This document shows positions 61,383-64,000 of a stretch of 64,000 nucleotides of DNA, piece by piece. The DNA comes from Octopus sinensis. Its lineage: Eukaryota. How positions within the stretch are numbered: the stretch's first letter is position 1; each line of letters opens with the position of its first letter. The notes beneath the pieces are model-generated. The model was not told the DNA's origin. It saw nothing but the letters and a program-made list of their open reading frames with translations, and made no database searches. The stretch spans positions 15,016,464 through 15,080,463 of the forward strand of contig NC_043011.1 in the NCBI RefSeq assembly GCF_006345805.1. The letters run 5' to 3'. The position numbers were made by a program, and so were the translations under genes.

Positions 61383-63435
61383 ATATATATATATGGTGAG
61401 AGAGAGAGAGAAGAGTGAGAACAAATAGCAGGGTGGGGGGTTATCAATCCGAGCAAAACACTGCATAACCTCTTTGTTGGCACACCAGGCTAACAAAATT
61501 AGTTAGATTAGTGAACAACTTCAAGTAATCTTTTGCTAGGGTTCCATGTTATGGTTCATCACAATTCTCTATTGTAAATCCGTTGATGGGTTCCATATAA
61601 ACTGGTTTTTACAGAGTGATATATAAGAAACAAGTTAAAATAATGGCCATTAGATATCATTCCTTTATTGGAAAAGAGTGGAACAGAAGACCTGATTTTA
61701 TTGTAATTGTAACAACAGAACATAAACATTGATAGACGCAATGCGCCAATAAAGGAATTAGTGGAGGCAAATGTCATAGGTGTTAGGGGGTTGGACCCAT
61801 GATCGTAAGATTATGGGTTCGATTTTTGGACCAGTCGATGCGTTTTGTTCTTGAGCAAAACACTTCATTTTACGTTGCTCTAGACCTCACAGCTGCTAAA
61901 AGTTAGAAACTCTGCATCGGTCCAACGTCCTTTCCAGGGAGCACTATTCGGCCATATTCACCTTAAGGATTAATGTGGACTAAAAATATAAAACCATATG
62001 CACACCTATGCATGTATGCAAGCATAGATTTTTAATATGCATCTGATGATCCGTATGATTTGACTTATGCATGTGTACACATCCATATACTTTAAGTCTA
62101 CACCTGTGGTATATGCACTTAATATATGCCAGAACTCTGGTTGTGCCTTTCGCACTCAGGCTTTTTGAAGTACATTGATAGACCTTGTGATATACTGTTA
62201 TAAACTTTCTAGTAGTTGATCCACAATATAGCTTGCGCTTCTTAGTTTACCTTTCTATTCCTTCACCCTTGCTTTTGTTTTAGATTAGTAGCTGGTCTGT
62301 ACAAGTATATACTTATTTCTGATTCTCAGGTATCATAATGTGACGGGTCATTCGTAAGTTTCGGAGATAAACAATTACTTCTTTGATAAATATTATAAGT
62401 ATGTTTGATAACAAAATAACTGAATAATAATTATTTAGTTATCATGAAAGTAGTTGAGTATTGCACATGCATGTCTATCCTTTTCTTAATTGATAAGCCG
62501 ACCCAGACCCACACAATTTCTGATTCGTATAATCTACCCGAAGAGCTTCAACATAGTTTCTATCTATACAGTTTTTATTTTCCATTAAAAAGCGTAGGTT
62601 TAATCGAAGCTTTGGCAAAAGACAATCGCTCAAGAAGCCATGCAGGACATCGAACCCAGGATCTTATGTTTGCGAAACGAAGTCCATCATTCGGTTAACC
62701 TGCGTTCTTATAATGCTATTGGGAGAATGCTTTTGTTATTTCTTTCAATGAGAAATAAAGAATAGATTTCCAGACTTGGGATCGTCTATCATATCGCTAG
62801 TGTTGTTTCCATTCATAGTTACGAATTCTCAGAAATAAATGGTGGGATTCTTGAATAAATACCCCAGGTGTTCCTGGGGATTATCTCATATTTATTCGGA
62901 ATGTTGGACTTCTAATTTTCTCTCCATATACATTTCCATCAGCTTCTCACTGGTTCCTTTAATAGGTGTCGTTTACAGAGAATGTGTATTATATAATAAA
63001 AGAATTTAGGATAGCTGGCAAAAAGTCTATTCGGCATTTCGCATTTATAACACACACACACACACACACAATTAGCCGGCTCTAATTTGTTGTGTGAACC
63101 AACAAAATTTTGAGTTTAAAATTTTTAATTTTTTCCTTCAAGTTACTTTTCCAGTAACTCTTCGAATATTTCTGGTTCTTCTTGAAATTATTTCAAGCGT
63201 TACGCTGCGTAATTACGAAACACTGAGGAATGCTTAACACACCGCCACGCACATACACCCCATCCCACACTCCACACGCATATACATATATGTAAGATAT
63301 ATATACACACACACATATATATGAATGTACGATGAATGTACGTATATATGCATATATGTGCATATATACACACACCTATAGGGAGAGTTAGTGATGCAGA
63401 TAAACACGATAAGACTATATATATATATATATATA

Positions 63436-63662
63436 TGACCGTTTCAGGCGGCACCATTTAATTAAAAAATGCAATCATTATATGAATTTAAATGCACGGC
63501 TATCCTCAGCTGCATAAATAAATAGAAATTTTTTAATCAGTTGGACACGTTGATATAATTTTACTAAAATTCTCTAATATTCGAGCAGCTGAGGATAGCC
63601 CTGCATTTAAATTGATGTAATGATTGCATTGTTCAATTAAATGGAGTCGCTTGAAACGGCCG
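63436..63662. mobile_element. Tc1/mariner-like MITE with 78-bp TIRs
   Basis: Arms 63436-63513 and 63585-63662 are imperfect inverted repeats; TA on both flanks. Confidence 0.7.
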
Positions 63663-63830
63663 TACTGCATTACCTCTTGATATGCTATTGTTTATTTTGA
63701 TTTTATTCACATTAGTTTGAGTTCTATGGAAAATACCACACTGATTTGGTGCTTTAACTTAAGTACCTAATTCAACTAAATCTCAATTATCTCTATATAT
63801 ACATACATACATACATACATAATATATACA

Positions 63831-63887
<57 letters not shown>

Positions 63888-63939
63888 TGTATGTATGTAT
63901 GTATGTATCTATCTATCTATCTATCAATCTATATATATA

Positions 63940-63979
<40 letters not shown>

Positions 63980-64000
63980 TACATACATATGTGTATATAC

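Overview
AT-rich, microsatellite-saturated animal DNA. The SINE and repeat repertoire matches what I recall of Octopus (coleoid cephalopod) genomes; the organism is inferred, not verified. The window looks intronic or intergenic and has one 100-N scaffold gap (56674-56773). No host protein-coding gene can be called confidently. Almost all supplied ORFs are translated microsatellites, and only a few weak candidate exons exist. Recognisable content: several tRNA-derived SINE families (one with at least five interchangeable 3' tails), a full-length decayed Chapaev3-type DNA transposon with TIRs and TAA TSD, hAT, mariner-like and telomere-repeat-carrying MITEs, Helitron-like non-autonomous elements, a Tigger relic, and 3' ends of CR1-group and R4/Dong LINEs. 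The most notable signal is non-coding. I folded by hand ten minimal type I hammerhead ribozyme motifs from six sequence families, all in or beside (TA)n/(TAA)n tracts. They include a retrozyme-like 1.6-mer with two tandem hammerheads 359 nt apart (60020-60592), a perfect 184-bp palindrome with a hammerhead in each arm, and family-level core variants (CCGAYGA, CUGUAGA). There is also a possible HDV-like ribozyme at an RTE 5' end. Ribozyme activity is untested.
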